Counted from the first letter of the stretch, positions 8,407 through 18,008 are shown. The stretch is DNA of 37,514 nucleotides from Candidatus Omnitrophota bacterium (GCA_023248095.1 JAHFFF010000002.1:2717-40230), one strand, 5' to 3'. The notes: a model not told the origin generated them from the sequence alone. Made by a program: numbers and translations.

Positions 8407-9663
8407 TTGCACATCGTCTTCTTCAACCGGGCTTATTTCCCGGAGGTCAGCGCGACCTCTCAATTGCTCACGGAACTGACCGAAGGACTGGCGCGTGAGC
8501 ATGGCTGCCAAATCTCCGTCGTAGCAGGGATGCCCCAGGGAACCCCTTCGAAAGGATGGCAACCCCCGAAAGGATGGGGAATCGTTCGCAAGGAAAGGGC
8601 CGGCCAGATCCTCATCCTCCGAGCTTGGGGGACCCGATGGTCCAAACGGACCCTGCTTGGAAGGATCGCCAACTACCTAACCTACTTTGCCTCCTCCTGT
8701 TGGGCTACCCTGCATCTGAATCGTCCTGATGTTGTGATCGCATTGACCGATCCTCCGGTGGTGGGCTTGGCAGCACTGTTGGCGGCACACCGCTTCGGCT
8801 GTCCTCTGGTTATCTCATACCGAGATCTCTTTCCTGAGGTCTCACGATTGATCGATGGAAAGTGCAGACCGTTCATTGAATGGGCCCTCCATCGAGTCAA
8901 CCGCATTCTCATCCATTGCGCCAGCCGAATCATCGCATTGGGCGAGGACATGCGACAGCGTCTCATCTCAGAAAAGGGGGCCCATCCTGATCAGGTCGTC
9001 ATCATCCCCGATTGGGCGGATACCACCTTGATTTCCCCCAGTCCGAAAAGGAACCGCTTCTCGCTGGAACAAGGGGTCGCGGATCGCTTCGTCGTCATGC
9101 ATTCCGGCAACATTGGCCTTTCACAGAACCTGGGAGTCGTGGTGGAAGCGATGGGGGAGCTTCGGGACCTTCCCAACCTGATGTTCCTCATCGTAGGAGA
9201 TGGGGTGCAGAAGGAGGCCCTTCAGGAACAGGTGCGGGGGGCTGGCTTGCAGAACGTTCGTTTCCTTTCGTACCAACCACGAGATGTGATGGCGCAAAGT
9301 TATGCCACCGCCGACTGTTTCATCGTCTCCCTCAAGCCAGGGTTGGCAGGTTACATCACTCCCAGCAAACTCTACGGCATCCTCGCCGCAGGTCGCCCTT
9401 ACGTTGCCGCCGTGGAACCTTCATGTGACGTAGCCCGCGTCACGCAGAAGTATCGCTGCGGCCTACTGGCGCGCCCTGAAGACCCTTCCGACATCGCAGA
9501 GAAGATCCGCCGCTTCCACGCCGATCCAAACCTGGCCAGGGAACTCGGCGCAAACGCCCGAAAGGCCTCAGAGGATTTCAGCCAAGCGAAGGGGGTGTTG
9601 GAATATTTCCGTTTGTGCCAAGAACTTAGGTATCATACTGCACAGACGGGAGGCCGGAGATAA
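8407..9663 (+). CDS. Glycosyltransferase family 4 (WcaI/WbuB-like)
   Basis: 'IVFFNRAYFPEVSATSQLLTELTEGLAREHGCQISVV' and 'ITPSKLYGILAAGRPYV'. TTG start. Confidence 0.8.
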   Translation: MHIVFFNRAYFPEVSATSQLLTELTEGLAREHGCQISVVAGMPQGTPSKGWQPPKGWGIVRKERAGQILILRAWGTRWSKRTLLGRIANYLTYFASSCWATLHLNRPDVVIALTDPPVVGLAALLAAHRFGCPLVISYRDLFPEVSRLIDGKCRPFIEWALHRVNRILIHCASRIIALGEDMRQRLISEKGAHPDQVVIIPDWADTTLISPSPKRNRFSLEQGVADRFVVMHSGNIGLSQNLGVVVEAMGELRDLPNLMFLIVGDGVQKEALQEQVRGAGLQNVRFLSYQPRDVMAQSYATADCFIVSLKPGLAGYITPSKLYGILAAGRPYVAAVEPSCDVARVTQKYRCGLLARPEDPSDIAEKIRRFHADPNLARELGANARKASEDFSQAKGVLEYFRLCQELRYHTAQTGGRR

Positions 9664-9665
9664 AG

Positions 9666-10460
9666 ATGCGCGCGCAAGTCATACGCACCCCTCGACTCTC
9701 CATCCGCTGGAGCGCGGAGCTGCTGTGGGCATTATCGATCCACCGAGTGAATACCCGCTATAAGGAAACCCTCTTTGGGTTTGGGTGGATTCTCCTTCAA
9801 CCCATTGCACTGACCATCATCTTCGCGTATATCCGAAGAGTCGCCAACATCCCCTCGGGGGAGGTCCCCTATCCCCTCTTCTCGGCAACCGGGCTGTGCG
9901 CCTGGGCACTGACTTCGCTGGTCGTTTCCCAGTCGCTGGTCTGCATCAGCGGATTCACCCCAGTGATCAAGAGGGTAGCAGTCCCCAAGATCCTATTTCC
10001 TCTGTCTGTTATCGTGGCATCCATGGTGGATCTTTGCGTCATGGTGCTCTTCCTCATCGCTCTCCTCTTTTATTACGGGACCGCCATCTCCGTGACCATC
10101 CTCTGGCTGCCCGTACTCCTCTTCGTCCACCTCTGTTTTCTGTTTGCCTTGACTTGTCTGACCTCCCTCGCAAATGTTTACATGAGGGACATCAGCCACG
10201 CCTTGCCCTCTCTGCTGCAGTTGTGGTTCTTCGCCAGCCCGGTGTTTTATCCCTCCTCCATGGTCCCTGAGGAATTCCGAGCATTGTCTCATTGGAATCC
10301 GCTGACCGGTTTGATCGAAGGGTATCGCTCGGTCCTTCTACTCCACCAATCACCCTCTTTGCAACTGCTTGCCCACACCGCCATCATCACTTTCATCCTT
10401 CTGGGCATCGGACTCCCCATCTTTGTTCGGCTGGAATCCTGCGTGGCGGACGCCCTTTGA
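9666..10460 (+). CDS. wzm: ABC-2 type polysaccharide export permease (Wzm)
   Basis: 'RYKETLFGFGWILLQP' ABC-2 signature region and six hydrophobic segments. Its stop overlaps the start of the ATPase gene (ATGA at 10458-10462). Confidence 0.85.
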   Translation: MRAQVIRTPRLSIRWSAELLWALSIHRVNTRYKETLFGFGWILLQPIALTIIFAYIRRVANIPSGEVPYPLFSATGLCAWALTSLVVSQSLVCISGFTPVIKRVAVPKILFPLSVIVASMVDLCVMVLFLIALLFYYGTAISVTILWLPVLLFVHLCFLFALTCLTSLANVYMRDISHALPSLLQLWFFASPVFYPSSMVPEEFRALSHWNPLTGLIEGYRSVLLLHQSPSLQLLAHTAIITFILLGIGLPIFVRLESCVADAL

Positions 10461-11191
10461 TGGAACGCATTCGACTGGATTCCGTAAGCAAGCGCTTCTC
10501 CCGCGGCAGCGGGACCAAAACCTTGCTCGCCAGCGTGTCCGGAATCTCCTGGTTCCAATCCGAATGGTTTTTGGCCTTGGACCAGGTCAACCTTGCCATT
10601 CCCGACTCCGGGGTTTGCCTGGGGATCATCGGTCCAAACGGCTCCGGGAAGACGACCCTGCTGCGGATCATCGCAGGGGTGACCGCTCCCACGCAAGGCA
10701 AGGTGATGGTCCGGGGGCAGGTGGTTCCCTTGCTGGAGGCCTCTGCAGGGATGCAGCCGGAGCTAACCGGGCGGGAAAATATCTTCTTGAACGGGATTAT
10801 CTTGGGAATGCGCCGGCGAGAGATTCAGCGCAAGCTGGATTCCATCGTGGAGTTTTCAGGGGTCGACAAATTCCTCGACATGCCCCTTAAGCATTATTCT
10901 CTCGGCATGGTCACACGCCTGGGATTCAGCGTTGCCAGCCACGTGGATGCCAACATCCTCCTGGTGGACGAAAGCTGGAGCATGGCGGATGCCTCCTTCC
11001 AAACCAAGAGCTTTAGCCGCCTGACCCAATTGCGTAAACGGGGGGGTATCCTCCTGCTGGTTTCGCATGACCCGAATCTCATACGCCGCCTGGCGGATCA
11101 AGTCCTTTGGCTTCAGAACGGACGGGTTGTCCGGATGGGACCGACGGAAGAGATCCTTAAGGATTATTTGAGTGTTGCAGGTCTGCCGTAA
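10460..11191 (+). CDS. wzt: Polysaccharide ABC exporter ATP-binding protein (Wzt/TagH-like), short form without a C-terminal carbohydrate-binding extension
   Basis: Starts 'MERIRLDSVSKRF' at the ATGA overlap. Walker A 'GPNGSGKTT', signature 'YSLGM', Walker B 'ILLVDE', H-loop 'VSHD'. The protein ends about 30 aa after the H-loop. The track ORF start at 10292 is an upstream read-through inside wzm. Confidence 0.9.
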   Translation: MERIRLDSVSKRFSRGSGTKTLLASVSGISWFQSEWFLALDQVNLAIPDSGVCLGIIGPNGSGKTTLLRIIAGVTAPTQGKVMVRGQVVPLLEASAGMQPELTGRENIFLNGIILGMRRREIQRKLDSIVEFSGVDKFLDMPLKHYSLGMVTRLGFSVASHVDANILLVDESWSMADASFQTKSFSRLTQLRKRGGILLLVSHDPNLIRRLADQVLWLQNGRVVRMGPTEEILKDYLSVAGLP

Positions 11192-13022
11192 AAACCCGCT
11201 CATACCACAGGATGCAAACCAAACCCCTCCAAACAGAGTCCAGGCCCTCTTCCCCGCTTCCGGAGAAGAATCGCTCGACCAGGCGTCCCCATTCCGAGGT
11301 TTGAACGAGAGGACATCGCTTGGCCGAAGTACTGTGGGCGACGTCGCGGATCTGTCCCTTCAGCGCCCGCAGCCATGCGGAAAGCGGAGCAGGATATCCC
11401 TGCTTGGCGGTTCGCTGAATGATCTCGGCTGGGACCATTGGCTTGGCAATCTGCCGAAGGATGCTTTTGGTGGTTCCCCCCAGAAGCTTCTCATCGGAAT
11501 GGACCCGAAACATCTTCTCTGCAAGCCGGTAATCCAGAAAGGGCAGACGGGTCTCCACGCCGAATGCCATGGAATTGCGATCCTCGTAATGGAGGAATCC
11601 GGGGAGCGTCCACTGAGTGATGGAGTTTCTCAGGTAGCTCTCCAGTTCATCCCCGGAGGGAGCTGACATTTGCTCTTCCCGGCTGCGCACGGCCGACAGG
11701 ATCTCCGGCCCGATCCAGGCGCTGTTGTGCCTCATCACCCCCCGCCGGGCCACGGAGCGGACTGATCTCGGGAGCGAATAAAACAGGATCCGGCTCAAGT
11801 GAAGCCGCTGCGCATGGGCAGCCTGCCAGGCCCACCGGGCCGCGTGCAGCCACCTGCCTCTGCGAATCTGTGATCCAAGGTAAACCCACAGGTAGGTCGG
11901 ATATCCGGCAAAGATCTCATCCCCTCCCTGTCCCGTCAGCAGGACGGGAACACCGGCGAGGCGAGCCTCCCTCATAAGCGCATAGTGGGCAGCCATGGAA
12001 CCATCCGCGAAGGGCTGCTCCTGATGCCACAGAAGGCGCGGCAGGTCCTCCCAAAAGAGACGGGCTGTCGGTGTGTGGAAATGTGCCTGGAACCCTCCTT
12101 TTTTTAGCAGGCTCTCAATCCCTTCGGCTTCCTCCGTCGGAGGATCGGTCACGGTGGTGAAGAGATGGACCGGCCTTTCGGCGGGGCAAAGCGCCCGCAT
12201 CAGGCTTGCGATGGTCGACGAATCCAAACCGCCGCTCACCAAGCAGCCAATCGGTGTATCCGCCCGCAGACGGATGCGGACCGCATCCCTCAAGGCATCG
12301 GCTAGCTCTTCCAGGTTTGGCTTGGATTCCTCAACCTGGGCTAGGGTGGCCAAACTCCAATAACTCTTCTGCTCAACCTTTCCTTCACTCCAGATCATGG
12401 AGGTCGCCGGCGCCAGTTGGTGTATCTCTCGAACAAAGGTTTCCTCGAGGTGACTAACAACCCTCTGCGCACAGAAATCTGCAACGGCTTGCTCGTTGAG
12501 TGTGCGGTTCATGCCCGGCACGAGAAAAAGGGCCTTCATCTCAGAGGCGAAATAGAGACGCCCTTTCCCATCGAATGTGGTGTACAGGGGTTTCTTTCCA
12601 AATCGGTCGCGCGATAGAAAGAGCTTGCGCTCCTTAGAGTCCCAGAGCGCAAAGGCCCACATCCCGTTGAACCTTCCCAGGCAGGCCGGCCCCCATTCTG
12701 CATAGGCTGCCAGGAGAACCTCTGTATCCGTACGTGTCCGAAAGCGATGCCCCCGCGACTGCAGCTCTTCCTTAAGCTCGAGATAATTGTAGATCTCTCC
12801 GTTGTAGGTGATGCAAAATCTGCCATCGGCACTCTGCATCGGCTGGTGCCCAGCCGCGGTGAGATCCAAGATGCTCAGCCGCCGATGCCCTAATACCACA
12901 CCGGCAGAGGTCCAAAGACCGGAGTCATCCGGACCTCGATGGCTAAGCAAGGCCGACATGGCTCCGATCCGATCGGCCTCTCTTTCTGCCCCGGGGCCTA
13001 CCATACCGACGATCCCGCACAT
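11157..13022 (-). CDS. Asparagine synthase (glutamine-hydrolysing) family amidotransferase, AsnB-like
   Basis: N-terminal nucleophile 'MCGIVG', 'HRGPDD', PP-loop 'LVSGGLDSS'. Its 3' end overlaps the wzt 3' end by 35 nt (convergent). Confidence 0.9.
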   Translation of the reverse strand: MCGIVGMVGPGAEREADRIGAMSALLSHRGPDDSGLWTSAGVVLGHRRLSILDLTAAGHQPMQSADGRFCITYNGEIYNYLELKEELQSRGHRFRTRTDTEVLLAAYAEWGPACLGRFNGMWAFALWDSKERKLFLSRDRFGKKPLYTTFDGKGRLYFASEMKALFLVPGMNRTLNEQAVADFCAQRVVSHLEETFVREIHQLAPATSMIWSEGKVEQKSYWSLATLAQVEESKPNLEELADALRDAVRIRLRADTPIGCLVSGGLDSSTIASLMRALCPAERPVHLFTTVTDPPTEEAEGIESLLKKGGFQAHFHTPTARLFWEDLPRLLWHQEQPFADGSMAAHYALMREARLAGVPVLLTGQGGDEIFAGYPTYLWVYLGSQIRRGRWLHAARWAWQAAHAQRLHLSRILFYSLPRSVRSVARRGVMRHNSAWIGPEILSAVRSREEQMSAPSGDELESYLRNSITQWTLPGFLHYEDRNSMAFGVETRLPFLDYRLAEKMFRVHSDEKLLGGTTKSILRQIAKPMVPAEIIQRTAKQGYPAPLSAWLRALKGQIRDVAHSTSAKRCPLVQTSEWGRLVERFFSGSGEEGLDSVWRGLVCILWYERVFTADLQHSNNP

Positions 13023-13026
13023 CTCT

Positions 13027-14226
13027 TTACCGTTCCTCTAAGATTCGGCTGAGCAGCTCTTTCAGGCGCAAGGAATTGCTGTACTTCTCCACACAACGCC
13101 GATGCCCGGCCTGCGCAATCGCACGGCGTTCCTCTTCGCGACGCAGATAATAGTCAATCTTTTGGAACATCTCCGGGATGGAGGAGTAATACTCCGCTTC
13201 CCCTCCCTCCCGGAAAAGGGCTTTGTGTTCCTCGTTCCTTTCCGCCAGCAAGAAACCGCCACAGGCGGGAATCTCGACGGAGCGGGCCGTCGTCAGGTCT
13301 CCAAACCAGCGCGATAGCAGGCAGAGGCTGACCTTCGCACCGCAGATGGCTTTTGCATATTCCTGCCCGACCAGGTGGACAGCCCCGGAGAAAAGCGGGT
13401 GTCGCCGAAGGTGTGCGCACCGCCATCCTCCTCCCCAGACCTTGACGGAGTAGCCTTTCTCCAAGATCTGAAGCAGCAGCCTTTCTCGCCAGGGTTCCCA
13501 ATGCCCGACAAAACCGACCTCGCAGCCGAATCTCTTCTGCTCTTCAGCGCTGAGAATGATGGGGCGATGAATCTCGGGATCGAATCCTTTTCCCATGAGC
13601 CGAAGGCCCCGCGCTCCGCATTGCCGCAGCCAAGTCATGTCCTGTGATTTGGTCGTGACCTGGAGGTCATAGAGGCCCAGGGCGCGAAGGTAATGCCGAC
13701 TTTGATTCGCGAAGACCCTCTGGTTGTCGGGGCTGAAGTGAACAAGAAGCGGGCATCCTATCTGGCGGATCTGCTTCAAGGTTTCCGGCCAAATGTGAAG
13801 CCCCTTTTCCACCCACAGAAGCTGTGGGGAGAATCCCTCGGCCTTTTTCAGCAACTCCAGATTCAGCGATTTGACCCTTTCCCCGATATAGAAATGGTTG
13901 CTCTGGAGATGCTCCAACCATGGAAGCCCTTGGATATAAGCTGAGGCATTGAGCCTCTCCACAGAACCACAAAGGGTGCGGAAGGCCTTTAGCCGGGAAC
14001 CACCAGTGCTTCCTTCTTCCTGCTGTCCAACCACCAGCACCTTGAGAGAAGAGAGATTCACATGTCCATCTCCCTCTCTTCTACCCATCCCATTCGTGAT
14101 GGACGAGCCCGAGGGACGCAGCAGGGAACCGTAAAGTGCGCTGAAACGATACGGCAACCTCAGGCGGACAGCCGTCCACCGCGCCAGTTCCAACCCCAGC
14201 CAGGGAATCTCTTGCCATGCACTCAT
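13027..14226 (-). CDS. CgeB-like / DUF3880-type glycosyltransferase family protein
   Basis: C-terminal 'KVSLCLLSRWFGDLTTARSVEIPACGGFLLAERNEEHKALF...YYLRREEERRAIAQAGHRRCVEKYS' resembles the CgeB/Glyco_trans_1_2 family. ATGA overlap with the upstream gene at 14223-14226. Confidence 0.6.
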   Translation of the reverse strand: MSAWQEIPWLGLELARWTAVRLRLPYRFSALYGSLLRPSGSSITNGMGRREGDGHVNLSSLKVLVVGQQEEGSTGGSRLKAFRTLCGSVERLNASAYIQGLPWLEHLQSNHFYIGERVKSLNLELLKKAEGFSPQLLWVEKGLHIWPETLKQIRQIGCPLLVHFSPDNQRVFANQSRHYLRALGLYDLQVTTKSQDMTWLRQCGARGLRLMGKGFDPEIHRPIILSAEEQKRFGCEVGFVGHWEPWRERLLLQILEKGYSVKVWGGGWRCAHLRRHPLFSGAVHLVGQEYAKAICGAKVSLCLLSRWFGDLTTARSVEIPACGGFLLAERNEEHKALFREGGEAEYYSSIPEMFQKIDYYLRREEERRAIAQAGHRRCVEKYSNSLRLKELLSRILEER

Positions 14227-15410
14227 CCTTGACCGTCCCCCAAGGAAAGCGCTTCCTCATAGGCTCGAGCAATTCCTTCGGCCGCCTTCCCGACGGAATA
14301 TCCCTCTATTTTATTCCAGCACCATTCCCGTACTTCAGGCTGTCCGATCCATCTCAATCCTCGCTGGATTGCAGCCGATAGGTCACGGGCTGAATCCCCT
14401 CGGTAAATCTCACCTGTCCGTCCCGGCTCGATCAGATCGGGGGCGCAGCCAACCTGTTCCGATACCACCGCCGGCACTCCATGCCATAACGCCTCATTGA
14501 CCACTAGGCCCCAGGTCTCGGAACGCCGGCTGGGCAGGACCAGCAGATCCGCCGCCAGGTAGTGCCGGCTCAGGTGCGTCTGATTCTGAAACCCGAGGAA
14601 GCGTACCCTGCCTGATGGGAAGCCCTTAGCCTGCTGCTTCAGTGCAACCTCCAACTTGCCGCTGCCCATGAACAACAGCACGATCTGTTCTTGGATCTCC
14701 GGCGGCAGCAACGCAATCGCCGGGAGGAGGAGATCTACTCCTTTTCTTCGGCTTAATTTTCCGGAGAAAAGAAGGACGTCCTGATGGTCGCCAATGTCGA
14801 GTGATTGCCGGATTTTTTGTCGCCAGCGAACACGGGTTTCATCGTCTCTCCGAAAGACGTCCGTATCCACACAGTAGGGAGAAAAAACCATTCGCTGCCC
14901 TTCCACCCCCAATCGTCCAAAATGCTGCCGCGCCCGCTGCCCGATGGGGAGAACCCTAAAGCATCTGCCATAGATCCGCCGGAGGATCCCATCCCGAAGC
15001 AACGATTTCACCCGCCCGCGCCGCTCGGCATGATCCGACACCTCAGCCCTGAACAGAATGGGGATTCGATTGCGAATCCCATAGAGGAAGGCCCTCTGCT
15101 CAAGGGGTGGACGGTAGCCGGTCAGCAGCAGAGCTCCAATTCCCAGATGTCCAACCGCCCTTTCAAACCCAAGGCCCAGCTCGTGCAAAAACATCGGAGG
15201 AGAACCGGCCCTCGCCTTGTTCAGCACAACACTTTTATAGCCGGTGAGCAGATCGGTGTCCCAGGCAAAGGTGGATTGGAATTCCCGGTCTCGATAGCCC
15301 GAGACGCTGAAATCTGACCCATAGATCACCACCAGGGGGATTCCCAATTTCGCCTGCAGGAAGCGATAGACCGGCACCCGATACTGCACCGGGTGCGTCT
15401 CGACAACCAC
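14223..15410 (-). CDS. Glycosyltransferase family 4
   Basis: 'SRRSETWGLVVNEALWHGVPAVVSEQVGCAPDLIEPGRTGEIY' (E-x7-E motif). The track ORF (start 15635) overlaps the upstream gene by about 200 nt. A GTG at 15410 follows GGGGGAAAG, with an alternative GTG at 15446, so the start is uncertain. Confidence 0.8.
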   Translation of the reverse strand: MVVETHPVQYRVPVYRFLQAKLGIPLVVIYGSDFSVSGYRDREFQSTFAWDTDLLTGYKSVVLNKARAGSPPMFLHELGLGFERAVGHLGIGALLLTGYRPPLEQRAFLYGIRNRIPILFRAEVSDHAERRGRVKSLLRDGILRRIYGRCFRVLPIGQRARQHFGRLGVEGQRMVFSPYCVDTDVFRRDDETRVRWRQKIRQSLDIGDHQDVLLFSGKLSRRKGVDLLLPAIALLPPEIQEQIVLLFMGSGKLEVALKQQAKGFPSGRVRFLGFQNQTHLSRHYLAADLLVLPSRRSETWGLVVNEALWHGVPAVVSEQVGCAPDLIEPGRTGEIYRGDSARDLSAAIQRGLRWIGQPEVREWCWNKIEGYSVGKAAEGIARAYEEALSLGDGQG

Positions 15411-15429
15411 CAGTCTTTCCCCCTGTCCC

Positions 15430-16590
15430 TTAGACGGAATTCCCACGCCTGCCAAGGATCGCCTCGTAAACCGGTTTGAATTGCTCCTCGTAGTTCCATT
15501 CCTCCAAAATCCTTTGCCTGCCGGCCTCCGCCATTTTCTGTCTCTCCTGCGGATACTCCAGAAACCATTTGAGGGCCGCTGCGATACTTTCAGGCCCGGC
15601 CGGGTCGCACGCCAGGCCGTAACCCTCCCGGACAAACACCCTTTTCCACTCGGGCAAGTCCGAAACCAACAGGGCCAGGCCGCAGACCAGGTAATCGAAC
15701 GGCTTATTGGAAGCCCCTTCCATCGCCTGTTCGTTCAGATCAGCGCTGCCCCTGGGGATCAACGCGATTCCGACGTCACACCCCCGTGCACGCTGAAACA
15801 TCTCCTCTCTCGTTGAAAGGGTCCCGATGAACTCGAGCCGTTTCCCCAAACCGAGGCGATCGGCAGCGCGTCGAAATTCCTGACTGTAGGAGGGATGGCC
15901 GATGGTTGGGTAACCGATCACCCGCAAGAGGACCGATTCGGGCAGGCGCGCCATCGCCTCCAGCAAAGAGACAGGCAGGCGCGCCGGCACCAGGGAACCC
16001 AAATAAAGTAACCGAAGCCTATTTTCAGTCGTTTCCAGGGGTGCTGAAAGAACCTCCGCAAGACGGGGACAATTCCAAACACACAGAGGGGGCCTTGCTG
16101 GCCTTATCTCTTCCGCGAAACGCCTGGCCCGCTCCTGATTGGGAAGCACGCACAGTTGCGCTCTGCAGGCCAGGGCTCGTCGAGCCCGCAAGACCAGTCG
16201 GTAACTCCACGCCCGGTCGGATCCGCCTGCGCCGGGTGAATCGTGCTCATGATAGAGAACCCGCGCCCCAGGCAGATAGGAGGCCAGCCATCCGATGGGA
16301 CAGGAGAAGGGGTCCGAGGCGTAGATCCATTGCGGCCTCCAGGCCAGAATCCAGCCACTCGCCCATACGCAGAAGATCAAATAGTGGATCTTTCTCCACA
16401 GTTTTCCTTGTCCATACGGAAGCCGCCTAAAACGAATGTTCCGATAGGGGGAAAAGGTCATGGCGCTGGTTCCGAAAGGCTCGGTCCCTAGGAAAAGAAC
16501 CTGCGCTCCTGAATCGGAAAACAGATGGGAACTGTGCTCAAGCGGAGGATAGGCAGCAGGATTTGTGTATTGGAGATAGAGAATCTTCAT
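15430..16590 (-). CDS. GT-B fold glycosyltransferase (GT4-like, divergent C-terminal motif)
   Basis: 'MKILYLQYTNPAAYPPLEHSS' N-terminus, two-Rossmann length and operon context. ATGA overlap with the upstream GT at 16587-16590. Confidence 0.65.
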   Translation of the reverse strand: MKILYLQYTNPAAYPPLEHSSHLFSDSGAQVLFLGTEPFGTSAMTFSPYRNIRFRRLPYGQGKLWRKIHYLIFCVWASGWILAWRPQWIYASDPFSCPIGWLASYLPGARVLYHEHDSPGAGGSDRAWSYRLVLRARRALACRAQLCVLPNQERARRFAEEIRPARPPLCVWNCPRLAEVLSAPLETTENRLRLLYLGSLVPARLPVSLLEAMARLPESVLLRVIGYPTIGHPSYSQEFRRAADRLGLGKRLEFIGTLSTREEMFQRARGCDVGIALIPRGSADLNEQAMEGASNKPFDYLVCGLALLVSDLPEWKRVFVREGYGLACDPAGPESIAAALKWFLEYPQERQKMAEAGRQRILEEWNYEEQFKPVYEAILGRRGNSV

Positions 16591-17912
16591 GGGAGGAGGC
16601 TTTCATAGAGGCGGGCCATCTCTTCTGCAACGGCCTTCATGGTTCTCGGAAAACGGATTCCGCTCCGTAAGGAAATCATCTTCTGAGGATCCGTACTCAG
16701 GCGCTCCAGCTGCCTCCTCCAATCCTCGATGGATCCGGGCTCTATCCAGAGGCCGTTGACGCCATCCTCGATCCACTCCGTTAGCCCTCCTAATCGAGAC
16801 CCCAGCACTGGGACCCCGGCGGCGAAGGCCTCGAGCACTACTTGAGGTCCGGTCTCAAACGATAGGGAAGGGACGGCCAGGAGATCATAGCCTCTCAGGC
16901 ATTCGATCACGCGATCCGAGGAAATCGGCTGGGGAAAGGAAATTCTCGAATCTGCCTTTGCCAAGAATCGCAGATGTTCTTGATAAGCCGACTCCTCCTT
17001 CCCCTGCATAACGCCATAGATGCTCAGACCCACTGCCAGGGACGGATCCGCCCTTACTGCCTGGATCAAAATGTGAATCCCCTTCGTCGGATGAAACCGT
17101 CCGAAGAAGACCACGCGAAGGCGTCCGCTTGTGCCGGTGGCAACTCCATCGGACGTTCTTGTCTGTTGGGTCTGCTCGGCTATTCCGTGCCGGCAGAGGG
17201 TCACCCGACCGGAAAGGACCCCGTTTCTCAGCAATAGATCTCGCGCCCACAGGGAGGGGACGACGATGTGGTGGACCTCGCCCCACAGGGTACGCAAGGT
17301 CCTGTGCCGAAGCGTCATGAGCTGATGCATGCGCAACGCCGTCCAGGGTGCCCCGGAAAGGCCGGCCCTCCCGAGCGCCTGCCCAATCCCCGCGGGAACA
17401 AGGGCCAACCCCCTTGCGAGAAAACGGGGAACCCGAAGTCCCTGTAACGTGCAGGCGGCGCAGAGGATGGGCCTTAATCTTCCGTCGCAAGGTTCCGTTC
17501 CCCATCGCATGAGCGTTCCCCGCTGACAACTTACCGTCGGCGTGTGATAGGTGAATACGACGCGGCAACCCCTGCGCTTGGCTTGGCGGACAATTCGCAG
17601 GGAGCATGCCCGGGAGAAGGCATGCAGATGAACCACGTTTGGCTTCTCTTCCTCCAGAATCCGAGCGAACTTCTCGGCGGCAGCAGAATCCCCCTCACCG
17701 TACAATTCGGACAGATCGGACAGTTCCGGGAGAACGGCATAGCGCCTTACCTGCAGGCCATCGACCACGTAGGCCGCATCCCGTTCTCCTGGGGCGGCAA
17801 TCCGGGATTCGATCCCCTGGGCGGTCAGCGCCTTCGCGAGGTTCGCCACATAGACCTCGGTGCCACCCACCGGATCCGGATAGAAACAAAAGGGGACGTG
17901 GAGGATTTTCAT
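16587..17912 (-). CDS. Glycosyltransferase family 4 with a Cys4 insert (paralog of 20850..22193)
   Basis: 'MKILHVPFCFYPDPVGGTEVYVANLAKAL' and 'ETGPQVVLEAFAAGVPVLGSRLGGLTEWIEDGVNG'. Insert C-x12-C-x8-C-x2-C at about 17451-17528. ATG at 17912 is preferred over the track start at 17957. Confidence 0.8.
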   Translation of the reverse strand: MKILHVPFCFYPDPVGGTEVYVANLAKALTAQGIESRIAAPGERDAAYVVDGLQVRRYAVLPELSDLSELYGEGDSAAAEKFARILEEEKPNVVHLHAFSRACSLRIVRQAKRRGCRVVFTYHTPTVSCQRGTLMRWGTEPCDGRLRPILCAACTLQGLRVPRFLARGLALVPAGIGQALGRAGLSGAPWTALRMHQLMTLRHRTLRTLWGEVHHIVVPSLWARDLLLRNGVLSGRVTLCRHGIAEQTQQTRTSDGVATGTSGRLRVVFFGRFHPTKGIHILIQAVRADPSLAVGLSIYGVMQGKEESAYQEHLRFLAKADSRISFPQPISSDRVIECLRGYDLLAVPSLSFETGPQVVLEAFAAGVPVLGSRLGGLTEWIEDGVNGLWIEPGSIEDWRRQLERLSTDPQKMISLRSGIRFPRTMKAVAEEMARLYESLLP

Positions 17913-18008
17913 CCCACCATGAATCATACCCGATTCCAATGGAATAAACGCGCTCAAATTGCATCACAGGCATTCCGTGCCAGCGGTGTTATGTTAGGAT
18001 AAGCTGTT
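17913..18008. promoter_or_regulatory. Divergent intergenic region between the minus-strand GT operon and the plus-strand 18009 gene (promoters presumed)
   Basis: This is the only non-coding gap between two divergently oriented gene blocks. I could not identify a convincing -35/-10 pair by eye. Confidence 0.3.
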
